Shown piece by piece: positions 1 through 9,616 of a DNA stretch of 41,347 nt. This DNA is from Methanothrix sp. GTDB lineage: Archaea > Halobacteriota > Methanosarcinia > Methanotrichales > Methanotrichaceae. A program made the position numbers and the translations under genes. Under the pieces are notes generated by a model. That model saw nothing but the letters and a program-made list of their open reading frames with translations, searched no databases and was not told the DNA's origin. The stretch spans positions 1 to 41,347 of the forward strand of contig JALNZQ010000001.1 in assembly GCA_023229165.1 (NCBI GenBank), in the 5' to 3' direction. Numbering within the stretch: the stretch's first letter is position 1; every line of letters begins with the position of its first letter.

Positions 1-139
1 TGATGAAGTGATACTTTCCCCGGTAAAGAATGTAATTGTCTTCGTCTTGGCTTTCCGTCGGCTTATCGCAGAATATGCAGCCAGCCGGCTTCTTGCTCAA
101 AATGTAATCGATTCTCCAGGGGGCCCATAAATTTTCCAT
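1..139 (-). CDS. HIT-family nucleotide hydrolase, N-terminal part (runs off the window)
   Basis: Manual translation from ATG 139: MENLWAPWRIDYILSKKPAGCIFCDKP..., the typical LWAPWR...CIFC start of HIT/Ap4A phosphorylase-like proteins. Not in the ORF track. Confidence 0.85.
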   Translation of the reverse strand, partial: MENLWAPWRIDYILSKKPAGCIFCDKPTESQDEDNYILYRGKYHFI

Positions 140-140
140 G

Positions 141-764
141 TTATTTCTCCTCTCTTTGCCAGACGAGCTTTCTACCCAGTATCTCGGGCCTTCCCTCTAT
201 AAACATCTTTATCGCCTTGGGGTAGGCTTTGTACTCCGCTCTCTGGATCCGGGCCTTGAGGCTATCGTGGGTATCGTTCTCCAAAACGGGCACCGGCCTC
301 TGGTAGACAATGGGGCCGTGGTCTACATCCTCATCCACGATATGAACGGTTGTTCCCGTCCATTTTACTCCGTACGCCAGAGCCTGGGAGAAGGCATCCA
401 TGCCCCGAAATGAGGGCAAAAGGGCGGGATGAATATTCAGAATCCTGTCCTTGTAATGGCGAACGAATAGGGGTGATAAAATCCTCATGTAGCCGGTGAG
501 GATCACCAACTCTGCGCCCTTCGCCTCCAGTTGGGCAATGAGCAATTGATCGTACTCCTCTCGGCTGAGGTGGGTCGGATCGATAAAATGGGCGGGAACG
601 CAAAACTCCTTTGCGATCTTGAGGGCCCCTGCATCCGGCTGATCGGTGAGAACTATTCCCACACGGGCGGGCAGCCGACAGCTGCGCTCTTCTTGTAGAA
701 TGTAGCGCAAATTCTCTCCCCTGCCCGAGGATATGACGCCTAAAGTTGCTGATGATGGTTTCAC
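141..764 (-). CDS. purN: Phosphoribosylglycinamide formyltransferase
   Basis: SGRGENL, GYMRIL, NIHPALLPSF and TGTTVHIVDEDVDHGPI motifs. Confidence 0.95.
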   Translation of the reverse strand: MKPSSATLGVISSGRGENLRYILQEERSCRLPARVGIVLTDQPDAGALKIAKEFCVPAHFIDPTHLSREEYDQLLIAQLEAKGAELVILTGYMRILSPLFVRHYKDRILNIHPALLPSFRGMDAFSQALAYGVKWTGTTVHIVDEDVDHGPIVYQRPVPVLENDTHDSLKARIQRAEYKAYPKAIKMFIEGRPEILGRKLVWQREEK

Positions 765-1333
765 AGGTATCTGCCTCGTGCCTTGATCTCCTTGACCCTC
801 TGCAAGACCGCATCTGCCTGTGGATTGGTTCTAGTGTATCCGGCCACAAATGCCTCCATCAATTCCTGGGGCTGGTCGTGCGTGCTCTCCAGGGTCTGAA
901 AGTATACATGCACATCCACTCCCTGCGCTTCCACGGTTTTTTCGTAAAATGACAGGCCGAAGTCGATGAGACATATCTTGCCGCGTGTGATTATCATATT
1001 GGAGGTGGTCAGGTCCCCATGAATAATTCCGCCTCGGTGCAGTTTTCCCACCGTTTCCCCGACCATCTCGGAGAGCTCCTGGTTGATGATATCCTTGATC
1101 TTCTCGCCCACAATTCTCTCCATCTTCAGCACAAAGCGGGATACATCGCAAATGATGGGCGTGAGGACCCCGTGCCTGCGGGCGTCGGACATTATCCTTG
1201 CTTCCCGCAGGGTTCTCTCCTGCCGAATACGTTCATCGAGCGCCGGCTGTCGGTAGCTTTTGGCATGCCGCTCCTTCTTTACGACTCCATTCTCAAGAGT
1301 GATGACCGCTTCTGCGCCTCTGCCTATCTCCAT
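761..1333 (-). CDS. bud32: KEOPS complex kinase Bud32
   Basis: GRGAEA, K..YR...LD, HGDLTTSN, IDFGL and C-terminal RGRY. Confidence 0.93.
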   Translation of the reverse strand: MEIGRGAEAVITLENGVVKKERHAKSYRQPALDERIRQERTLREARIMSDARRHGVLTPIICDVSRFVLKMERIVGEKIKDIINQELSEMVGETVGKLHRGGIIHGDLTTSNMIITRGKICLIDFGLSFYEKTVEAQGVDVHVYFQTLESTHDQPQELMEAFVAGYTRTNPQADAVLQRVKEIKARGRYL

Positions 1334-2361
1334 AAATCCTCTTTTTGTTTCCAGGCCTTGACCAGGCCGATACAGCCTGTGATCATCATATCTCCACCGG
1401 GAGATGCCGCCATCGCGCCCTTCAGGGCTCTGCTGGAGAGAAACGTCTGTCGGCGAGGTCCGGTGACGAGCGTCGTGCCCACTTTATCGGGAACACTATC
1501 GATGTAGGCCCCATGGCCACCATCCTCGAATACCTCGCTGCTTTTTAATGTTCCGTTGCACAGCTTTTCTGTAAATTCTCGCAGCTTTTCCGGGGAAAGC
1601 TCCGAGGTGTGGTGCTCGAATATGCCTGTGATCCTGTCCTCGGCCAGCAGGGCGGCCACAGTATGGCCGTTTCCGAAATTGATGATGAGTGCGGGCGACG
1701 CGTCCGGCAAATCGAGAGCTGCACCAAAGATCGCTGCCGGGCCGGTGTCCATGAGAAGCGGCTGTATTCCCGCGCCTTCCAGGGCACCTTGGACAGCCAG
1801 CATTCTGGTCATGGCCGCCGGAGGCTGCCTGTAGGCGAAAGCCTCCAGTCTTCCGCCTGAGCGGATTGCGGCAGCCAGATGCTCAATTCGAACCAGCCGG
1901 TTTGATCGATCGGGGGAGTAGCCATGGTCCTGTACGGCCACAGCCATATCTGCGGGCAGAGCAATGTCGAAGATCTGCAAGGCATGAGATAGAGCGGCAA
2001 TGTCTATGTCCCCAGTCTCGATGACCTGCGCACCGCAGGGTGCCTCCTCCTGAATCGTGACACCTAAGGCCGCCACGCGCTCCTGATTATCATTTATGGT
2101 TGCTGCCGCCGACGGCGTGGCGTAAACTCGCAGTCCAGCAGCCAGGTGCCATCTTACGGCTGTTGTAGAGGCTCCGCCTCCCATGGTCGGTCCGCGCAGG
2201 AATACATCCTTGCCTGCCAGACGGGCTCTGTTTATCCTGTTTCCCACCAGCACGGTTTGGCTGGGCAAAACCATCTTGGTCGAGCCTTCCAGGGACACGT
2301 CCTCCGAATAGAGCAGAATGTCCTGGGTGCCTGCTCCCACATCAATTGCCAAAAGCGACAT
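1324..2361 (-). CDS. DUF1786-family ASKHA-fold protein
   Basis: IDVGAGTQDILL, AVQDHG, MDTGPAA, NFGNGHT, FEHHT and DGGHGA motifs. Confidence 0.8.
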   Translation of the reverse strand: MSLLAIDVGAGTQDILLYSEDVSLEGSTKMVLPSQTVLVGNRINRARLAGKDVFLRGPTMGGGASTTAVRWHLAAGLRVYATPSAAATINDNQERVAALGVTIQEEAPCGAQVIETGDIDIAALSHALQIFDIALPADMAVAVQDHGYSPDRSNRLVRIEHLAAAIRSGGRLEAFAYRQPPAAMTRMLAVQGALEGAGIQPLLMDTGPAAIFGAALDLPDASPALIINFGNGHTVAALLAEDRITGIFEHHTSELSPEKLREFTEKLCNGTLKSSEVFEDGGHGAYIDSVPDKVGTTLVTGPRRQTFLSSRALKGAMAASPGGDMMITGCIGLVKAWKQKEDLWR

Positions 2362-2411
2362 AGATCATCCTTCACGGGAATAATTTTATCCCAGGCCATT
2401 AAGGAAATAGC

Positions 2412-2885
2412 ATGATCATAGATGTAGTGGTCGCGAGCACATCCCGCTTTCAAAAGTTTGGGCCGGCGAGCTCTCCGGCGGAGGCGGAGGACCTTTCAGG
2501 CAAGGTGATCTTGGAGAAAATTAAAGCGGCAGGACATATCGCCCGCTACGCCCTTTTGCCGGACGGCTTTGTGCTGCGGGAGGCTGTGGAAAAAAGCGAT
2601 GCAGACGCCATAATCATCTGTGGTGGCACAGGGCTTACTCATCTGGACTTGACCCTGGAAGCCATTGAGCCGCTCTTTGAAAAGACGCTTCCCGGCTTTG
2701 GTGAGATCTTTCGCTACAAAAGCCTGGATGAGGTGGGCTATCGCGCCATGCTCACAAGGGCAGCGGCGGGAGTTTATCATGGCAGGCCGGTCTTCTGTTT
2801 GCCAGGATCGCCCGGCGCAGCGCGTCTGGGTGTGGATCTCATCCTCGTGGAAATAGAGCATATTCTTGGGCATATTCGGGAATAA
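2412..2885 (+). CDS. moaB: MoaB/Mog molybdenum cofactor biosynthesis protein
   Basis: DLSG, GGTGLT..D.T.EA, LPGFGEIFR, FCLPGSP. Confidence 0.9.
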   Translation: MIIDVVVASTSRFQKFGPASSPAEAEDLSGKVILEKIKAAGHIARYALLPDGFVLREAVEKSDADAIIICGGTGLTHLDLTLEAIEPLFEKTLPGFGEIFRYKSLDEVGYRAMLTRAAAGVYHGRPVFCLPGSPGAARLGVDLILVEIEHILGHIRE

Positions 2886-2993
2886 AATTTAAAAAATAAT
2901 ATCAATCCTATTACTTTCCATTGGGCCGCAGTAGCCTTTTATATCATTAGCACTCTGATAAGGATATAGAGCTATTAGGGAGAAGATTGGCCA

Positions 2994-3548
2994 ATGGAGA
3001 CAGAGATTCCAGTGCGAGATATCATGACCCGGCCGGTGATCACAGCCGATGCCGAGCTGGACATTTTAAGCGCTGCCAAAAAGATGGGCTCGGCCAACGT
3101 GGGAAGTCTGATTATAGTATCCGGCAATAAGCCCACTGGCATTCTGACGGAAAGGGATCTGGTAAAGAAGGTCTTAGCCCAGGGAATAGATCCCAGAAGT
3201 TTAAAGGTGGCAGAGATCATGAGCGCACCCGTTGTTTCCATTGAACCGGATGCCAGCTTACGTGAAGCTGCATCCTTGATGCTCCGCTCTGGTGTAAAGC
3301 GGCTGCCCGTGATCTTCCAAGGAAAGCTCGTGGGTATAATTACAGATACGGATCTTGTCTCTGGGTCCTCCCTCGGTTTGAATGAGATTTTAAGCGATCT
3401 ATTGGAGATGCACCGAGAGAGCATTCATTTAGAACAGCCTCGAGGGGTGGTGCGTGGAATCTGTGAGGTTTGCAGCCAGCTCTAAGATACCCTGGAGAGC
3501 GTGAATGGAGAGTTGCTCTGCTGGAGTTGCAGGGACGGAAAAAGGTAA
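2994..3548 (+). pseudogene. CBS-pair protein whose C-terminal Zn ribbon is interrupted by an in-frame TAA (3483-3485)
   Basis: CBS repeats, then CEVC-SQL-TAA-DTLESVNGELLCWSCRDGKR-TAA; the second CxxC lies beyond the stop. Confidence 0.7.
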
Positions 3549-3584
3549 GAAATATCATTATTGCTGGACAGCAGGGGAATAACA

Positions 3585-4361
3585 ATGTTAGTAGATGATA
3601 TTTTGTCCAGAGATCCTCTATACGTCGAGGATTCCACTTTTCTGACCAAAGCGCGTCAGATGATCCGAGACAACCATGTGCGCGGATTGCCGGTTGTGAA
3701 TAGCAAAGGCATAGTTGTCGGAATCGTAACCAATCAGGATATGCTGCGCGTGACCTCGACCAAGTCGAATGTGACTGTATCGGGCTATGTGGTGCCGGTT
3801 CCTAACGTGACGGGGCGGATGAATATTCTTGACGCTGCCAAGCTCATGCTCAAGGAAAAGATAACTTTGTTGCCCGTAGTCGAGTCCGAGGAGACGCCTA
3901 AGCTATTGGGGGTTGTTAGCCTCTTGGACGTGTTTAAGAATATCGATTTAGAGAAGGCGCCAGATAGGCCGGTATCTGAGATTATGACCAGCAAAGTTGT
4001 AACCACCCGCCCCGATGATCCCGTAACCAAGATTTGGGATCTGATGGTCGAGAAGGACTACACAGGCCTTCCGGTGGTCAAGGACGGCAAGCTCACAGGA
4101 ATGATCACTCGATTTGATATGCTGAAAGGCCCAGCTCGGATCGGCAAGGAGGGTGAGAGAAGGTCGGCGGACTCGATGCAGATGCCTGTAGAGAAATTTA
4201 TGAGTTCACCATTGTATAGCGTAAAGCCTGAAGATAGCGTGCGGACAGCCATAGAGCTGATGCTCAAGCACGACGTGGGCAGAATGTCCGTGGTGGACGA
4301 AGGAAAGCTCGTGGGAATTGTGGATAGAAACGATTTGATCAAAAGCTACCTTGGTGAGTGA
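3585..4361 (+). CDS. Tandem CBS-domain protein (4 CBS)
   Basis: Repeated LPVV...G(I/M)(V/I)T..D CBS motifs; ATG 3585 preferred over TTG 3561. Confidence 0.9.
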   Translation: MLVDDILSRDPLYVEDSTFLTKARQMIRDNHVRGLPVVNSKGIVVGIVTNQDMLRVTSTKSNVTVSGYVVPVPNVTGRMNILDAAKLMLKEKITLLPVVESEETPKLLGVVSLLDVFKNIDLEKAPDRPVSEIMTSKVVTTRPDDPVTKIWDLMVEKDYTGLPVVKDGKLTGMITRFDMLKGPARIGKEGERRSADSMQMPVEKFMSSPLYSVKPEDSVRTAIELMLKHDVGRMSVVDEGKLVGIVDRNDLIKSYLGE

Positions 4362-5341
4362 AGATGAGCAAAGGGCCAACAACGGGAAAAGAAGTAACAA
4401 GGATTCCACAAAAGAACGATCGCATGCCTGTAGCCCCCGGATCGGGGGATCGAGGACCTTTACAATTCGACTCCCGGCACGCCAAGCGGGCGAGTGACGT
4501 AGTAGGTGTAGCCTCGCCTGATGTCGTCACAGTTCCGCCCACTACTACCATCATGAGCGCCATAAAGACCATGACCTTCTATGGCTTCTCCCGGCTTCCT
4601 GTCGCTGATCCAGGCACAAAGAGGCTGATTGGCTTTGTGACCTCTGTAGACGTTGTGGACTTTCTGGGCGGGGGACTGCGGCACAATCTCTTGCGAGAAA
4701 AGTATGGCGGAAACATCTTCACCGCTATAAATGCCGATATCACAGAGATCATGAGCACGCGCCTCACCTATGCCAGTGACAAAGCCTCTTTAAATGACGT
4801 TTTGAAGTTGATGTATGAGAAGAACGTGGGCGGACTGCCCATAGTTGATGAGGATATTCGCATCAAGGCCATAATCACTGAAGAGGACTTTGTGCGCTTT
4901 TGCCGGGGACTGGATACCGGCCTTTGCGTAGAGGCCTTCATGAGCCCCCATGTGGTGACGGCGCCGGCGCAGACCACGATCGAGAAGATGACCAGGATGA
5001 TCATCCAGAAGGGCTTCCGTCGCATGCCGGTAGTGCAGGATGGAGTTCTCATGGGCATGGTCACAGCTTCGGATATCATGAAATATCTGGGTAGCGGAGA
5101 TGCTTTTGAAAAGGTGGTTACCGGTGACATCGGTGAGGTAATGAATCAGCCCATCAAGAGCCTGATCAAGAGAGGCTTGCTTGTCACGGAGAAGAAAGCT
5201 GACCTGGGCCAGGCGGCCAGGAAGATGATGGACAACGGCATTGGATCTCTGCCTGTTATGGACAAGGGATCTTTAGTCGGCATTCTGACGGAGAGAGACT
5301 ACGTGAGGGCGTTAGCCGAGAACAGAGGTATTCTAGCATGA
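4358..5341 (+). CDS. Tandem CBS-domain protein (4 CBS)
   Basis: RLPVAD, GLPIVD, RMPVV and SLPVMD..LVGILTERD motifs. Confidence 0.9.
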   Translation: MKMSKGPTTGKEVTRIPQKNDRMPVAPGSGDRGPLQFDSRHAKRASDVVGVASPDVVTVPPTTTIMSAIKTMTFYGFSRLPVADPGTKRLIGFVTSVDVVDFLGGGLRHNLLREKYGGNIFTAINADITEIMSTRLTYASDKASLNDVLKLMYEKNVGGLPIVDEDIRIKAIITEEDFVRFCRGLDTGLCVEAFMSPHVVTAPAQTTIEKMTRMIIQKGFRRMPVVQDGVLMGMVTASDIMKYLGSGDAFEKVVTGDIGEVMNQPIKSLIKRGLLVTEKKADLGQAARKMMDNGIGSLPVMDKGSLVGILTERDYVRALAENRGILA

Positions 5342-6195
5342 TAAAGAAAGTCAAAGATTACATGAGCGCTCCCATTTATGTCATTGAGCGAAACGAGCCT
5401 ATCCAAAGAGCCAGGAATCTGATGTTCAAGTACGCCATTGGCAGATTGCCTGTAATGGACGCCGGCAAGCTGGTGGGCATCGTAACCAAGTACGACATCA
5501 CCAATCGGCTCAACCAGGCGTCTCCTGAGTGGCGCAGAAGGCCCATAGACAAGGTACCCATCCAGGTGGTAATGACGGAGAAGCCCCTCACCATATTCCC
5601 CGATGCCACCATGCCTCAGGCAGCAGAGATTCTCATAGAAAACGGCATTAGCGGCCTGCCGGTCGAACGCGATGGCGAGATCGTGGGCATGATCACATCT
5701 CGGGACATAATGAAGTACTTCTCCGAGCAGGATCTCAAAGCGACCGTAGGAGACATGATGAGCCGGAATGTGCTGCGTGTGCACCGCCACCATACCATCG
5801 GCCACGTCCTGGAAGAGATGAATGTGCAAGGTCAGGGCCGTGCCTTGGTCTACGAGGACAATACGACTCCTGTGGGCATTGTGACCCGCTCCGGTCTTAC
5901 ATTTTCCGAGATAATGGGGCCGAAGGACGAGATGGAGACCAAGAACGTCAAGATGACCCGAAAAGAGAGCCCTGCCGGCAGAAAGCAGTACCGCTATGTA
6001 AAGCAGATGCCTTTTGTGGCGGAGGATATAATGACCTCGCCCATTTTTACCATCGGCTCGGAGATTAAGGCAGTGCAGGCGAGCCAGACCCTGGTGGAGA
6101 AGAATATCATTGGCATGCCGGTGATGGACAAGAATGAAGTAGTAGGCTACTTCTCCGCCGATGAGATCATCGCAGAGGTTGGGAGGTGGAAGTAA
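5338..6195 (+). CDS. Tandem CBS-domain protein (4 CBS)
   Basis: CBS motifs; ATGA overlap with the upstream gene. Confidence 0.9.
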   Translation: MIKKVKDYMSAPIYVIERNEPIQRARNLMFKYAIGRLPVMDAGKLVGIVTKYDITNRLNQASPEWRRRPIDKVPIQVVMTEKPLTIFPDATMPQAAEILIENGISGLPVERDGEIVGMITSRDIMKYFSEQDLKATVGDMMSRNVLRVHRHHTIGHVLEEMNVQGQGRALVYEDNTTPVGIVTRSGLTFSEIMGPKDEMETKNVKMTRKESPAGRKQYRYVKQMPFVAEDIMTSPIFTIGSEIKAVQASQTLVEKNIIGMPVMDKNEVVGYFSADEIIAEVGRWK

Positions 6196-6974
6196 TGCAG
6201 GTAAAGGATATCATGAGCGAGCCCGTTACCATCGACAAATCAGAGAGACTGGGCAATGCTCTGGATCTGATGGAGAAAAATGATCTGAGAAGGCTCCTGG
6301 TAACCAACAAAGACAAGATGGGCGGCATAATCACCATGAGGCAGATTGCTCGCGTTCTGGGAACACGAAAATCCCTGGGAATGCCCGCCTCCTCTCTGCA
6401 TGTGGCGTCTGCCACCATGGACGCCGTAATCAAGGTCCTCCCGGATATGGATGTGCAGGATGCCATGGTCCTCTTGCAGAAGACCGGCGTTCTGGTGGCA
6501 ATGGATGGCGAGAAGGTCCTGGGCTGGGTTCGGCCCAGAGAGATACTGGCGGCTGTAAATGTAAGCGGCATGGCATCCGACGCCATGCGTTTTCCCCTCA
6601 CCTCTAACCCAAACGACCGGCTGGTTCATGCTCGGCGCATGATGCTGGATAGAGGCGTAGGAAGGCTTCCTGTGGTGGAGGGTGGCCGGCTGGTGGGCAT
6701 AATATCAGAAAGGGATGTGGCCAAGTCTCTGCGTGCCTTCCGGGATCTGAACGATACTGCCAGCAAGCAATACGCGCGCATCTACAACCTCTTGGTCTCC
6801 GATGTGATGACTCATGATGTGAAGTACGTCTATGCCGATACTCCTCTGGATGAGGTCAAGAAGATCATTCTAACCGAAAACAGAGGCGGCCTGCCCGTTC
6901 TCAATCGTAGGGAAGAGGTCGTGGGCATGATCACCAGGCGGTCCGTCTTGGATTATCTGGTGAGGACCGGATGA
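6195..6974 (+). CDS. Tandem CBS-domain protein (4 CBS)
   Basis: CBS motifs; TAATG overlap supports ATG 6195 (the track starts at 6186). Confidence 0.88.
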   Translation: MQVKDIMSEPVTIDKSERLGNALDLMEKNDLRRLLVTNKDKMGGIITMRQIARVLGTRKSLGMPASSLHVASATMDAVIKVLPDMDVQDAMVLLQKTGVLVAMDGEKVLGWVRPREILAAVNVSGMASDAMRFPLTSNPNDRLVHARRMMLDRGVGRLPVVEGGRLVGIISERDVAKSLRAFRDLNDTASKQYARIYNLLVSDVMTHDVKYVYADTPLDEVKKIILTENRGGLPVLNRREEVVGMITRRSVLDYLVRTG

Positions 6975-8092
6975 ATCTGGCAAGAGTTGCACAGAGACTG
7001 GGAATAACGGAGTGCAGGCTGCAAGGCCTGCAAGAGACTATAATCAGAGAATCTGCCTGGCCTGAGCCTCGTTTGCTTCGGTTTGAAAAAGAGACCTCGG
7101 GGATCGAGGCCGGGACAGTTATTTTTGAAAACGGCGAGATCGTTTTTGGCTATCCCAAGATCCGTCGTCCTCTCATGCTTGCCGCTGCGATAAAGCGGCA
7201 TTTTTCCGATATTGTGGCTGTGGAGGAGAAGATGAACGGCCATAATGTGCGCATCCTTTCTTTAAACGGTGAGATTGTGGCCCTCACCAGGGGCGGTTTT
7301 ATCTGTCCTTATTCCACGGAGGTGGCGCGCCGGCTTATACCAGAGAGCGTGTTCGAAAAGCACCCCCATAGGGTTTTATGCGGCGAGATGGTTGGCCCGG
7401 AAAATCCCTATGTAGCCAATGACATCTATCCTACGGACAGCATTGACTTTTATCTCTTCGATATAGCCGAAAAGAACCACCGGGGAACTTTGGGCGTGCA
7501 CAAAACCCATGAATTCGCCCAGGAGTTCGGCCTGTTGGCTACGGCCTTTTTTGGCGAGTTTCGTAAGGAGAGCGCCGCAGAGAGGATCAAGCAGATCGTG
7601 ATCAAGCTTGGCCGTCAGGGGCGCGAGGGCGTGGTGATGAAAGACCCGGAAAATATTGTGCCGCCGCTAAAGTATACCAGCTCCAAGACCAATTGCAGTG
7701 ACCTGGCCGTGGCATTTCGATACTATAACGACTATGCTCTGGACTTTTTTGTCTCCCGGGCGGTGCGAGAGGGCTATCAGTCTGTGGAGTGGAACGAGTC
7801 GGAAGAGGAGAGACGGGCGAGGGCTCTGTCTTTGGGCGAGAGCATTCTTTTGCCTTTGGTCGATACCATAAAGAGTGCGCAGCAGGGCGAAAATATTGTG
7901 CAGAAGGTGCAGATCAGGGTGAAAAGCCTGCAGACGGCCAGAGATTTTGAGTATCACCTCCGGAGAAGCGGCATTCGCACCATCTTCGAGCCTCCCGAGC
8001 CCGACGACGGCGGCTATTTGATACGAATAACCAAGCTTGTCATGAGCACAAACGATAAAACCCAGGCGCTCCTGGAAGGGGAGATGTGGTAG
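6971..8092 (+). CDS. Archaeal ATP-dependent RNA ligase (Pab1020/Rnl3 family)
   Basis: Motif I EEKMNGHNVR, TRGGFICP, GEMVGPENPY, REGVVMK, LKYT. Confidence 0.92.
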   Translation: MNLARVAQRLGITECRLQGLQETIIRESAWPEPRLLRFEKETSGIEAGTVIFENGEIVFGYPKIRRPLMLAAAIKRHFSDIVAVEEKMNGHNVRILSLNGEIVALTRGGFICPYSTEVARRLIPESVFEKHPHRVLCGEMVGPENPYVANDIYPTDSIDFYLFDIAEKNHRGTLGVHKTHEFAQEFGLLATAFFGEFRKESAAERIKQIVIKLGRQGREGVVMKDPENIVPPLKYTSSKTNCSDLAVAFRYYNDYALDFFVSRAVREGYQSVEWNESEEERRARALSLGESILLPLVDTIKSAQQGENIVQKVQIRVKSLQTARDFEYHLRRSGIRTIFEPPEPDDGGYLIRITKLVMSTNDKTQALLEGEMW

Positions 8093-8105
8093 AAGGCCAA
8101 AGCTT

Positions 8106-9359
8106 ATGAGCGAAATTGCAGATATTGAGATGCAGGGTCATCTCATCGATTCGCAGATCCTAACCAGGGTCTTGGACAAGATCATGGACATGGGCGGCGA
8201 GTTTGAGATAAAAAAATTTCAGATAGGCCAGAAGAAGAACGACAGCAGCTATGTGCAGATCACAGTCACCGGCGAGGATGCGTCCCATCTGGACCGGGTT
8301 CTCTTAGAGTTGCATGCCCTAGGGGCGCGTCTCGTGGAGATGGAGGATGTCAAAACCGGTGTTGCCCCTGGTGATATGGTTGTTCCCCGAGGCTTTTACT
8401 CCACCACCAACCATCCCACCTATGTGCGCTATCAGGGCACCTGGGTGGAGGTGGAGCACAACCACATGGACTGCCTGGTCGTGCTGCAAGACGGCCGGGC
8501 CCTGTGCACCCCTATAGGCCATATCAAGAAGGGTGAGCGTGTGGTCATTGGCACCTCTGGTGTCAAGGTCGTGCCGCCGGAGCGCCCTCGCGAGAAGACT
8601 TTCTTCGGCTTCATGTCCAATGAGGTCAGCTCAGAGCGGCCCAGCGGTGAGCTGGTGCGCCAGCTGGCGGGCGAGATTGTGCGCACCAAGAAAGCGGGCG
8701 GAAAGATTGCAGTGGTCTGCGGACCGGCTTTGGTTCACACGGGTGCTGCGCCCTCGCTGGCCCGGCTCATCCGGGAAGGCTACATTGATGTCCTTTTGGC
8801 TGGAAATGCTGTGGCCGTGCATGACATCGAGCGTCAGCTCTTCGGCACCAGCCTGGGCATGAACTGCCAGGGAAATGCCATCTCCGGTGGGCACCGAAAT
8901 CACCTCTACGCCATCAGCGAGATCATGGCCAGCGGCTCCATCAAGAATGCCATAGCGGAAGGAAAGCTTAAAGGGGGCATCATGTATGAGGCTACCCAGA
9001 AGGGCATCACCTACATTCTGGCCGGATCCATTCGCGATGACGGGCCGTTGCCTGAGGTCATCACGGATACGGTGAAGGCCAAGGACGCCATGGACAAAGC
9101 TCTGCGGGGCGTGGACATGACCATAATGCTGGGCACCATGCTGCACTCCATCGCCGTGGGAAATTTGCTGCCCTCCTTCGTCAAGACCATCTGCGTGGAT
9201 ATCAATCCCTCAACCGTGACCAAGCTCATGGACCGGGGTTCAGCCCAGGCTATCGGCCTTGTCACCGATATCGGCATATTCCTGCCCCAGCTCGCCGAGG
9301 AGGTCGATAAATTGAAGAACGGGCTGGATGAGAAGCCGTGCGAGGATCGGAAAACTTAA
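8106..9359 (+). CDS. TIGR00300-family protein (LOR/SDH domain; ornithine cyclodeaminase-like)
   Basis: GHLIDS, FYSTTNHPT, FMSNEVSSE, GNAVAVHDIE, GSIRDDGPLP, KLMDRGS. Confidence 0.88.
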   Translation: MSEIADIEMQGHLIDSQILTRVLDKIMDMGGEFEIKKFQIGQKKNDSSYVQITVTGEDASHLDRVLLELHALGARLVEMEDVKTGVAPGDMVVPRGFYSTTNHPTYVRYQGTWVEVEHNHMDCLVVLQDGRALCTPIGHIKKGERVVIGTSGVKVVPPERPREKTFFGFMSNEVSSERPSGELVRQLAGEIVRTKKAGGKIAVVCGPALVHTGAAPSLARLIREGYIDVLLAGNAVAVHDIERQLFGTSLGMNCQGNAISGGHRNHLYAISEIMASGSIKNAIAEGKLKGGIMYEATQKGITYILAGSIRDDGPLPEVITDTVKAKDAMDKALRGVDMTIMLGTMLHSIAVGNLLPSFVKTICVDINPSTVTKLMDRGSAQAIGLVTDIGIFLPQLAEEVDKLKNGLDEKPCEDRKT

Positions 9360-9401
9360 ATTCGCATGGGTCTCTGACATTTGGGTCGAACAGATCTGTG
9401 G

Positions 9402-9476
9402 GCCGCCGTGGCTTAGCCCGGTTAAAGCGGCTGATTCGTAATCAGCAGTTCATGGGTTCGAATCCCATCGGCGGCT
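9402..9476 (+). tRNA. tRNA-Thr(CGT)
   Basis: Acceptor GCCGCCG/CGGCGGC, anticodon arm GCTGA-TTCGTAA-TCAGC, T-loop GTTCGAATC, followed by a T-tract. Confidence 0.97.
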
Positions 9477-9616
9477 TTATTTTACTGATTTATTTCAGCC
9501 ATTGAGTTCATACAGTCTTAATTTTTATGATTTAATGCTAACGCAATTGAATCCTATAAAATGGTACCTGGCCTGATCAAAGATCTTATCAGTTAGAAGA
9601 TGATTGAAGTGTATTT

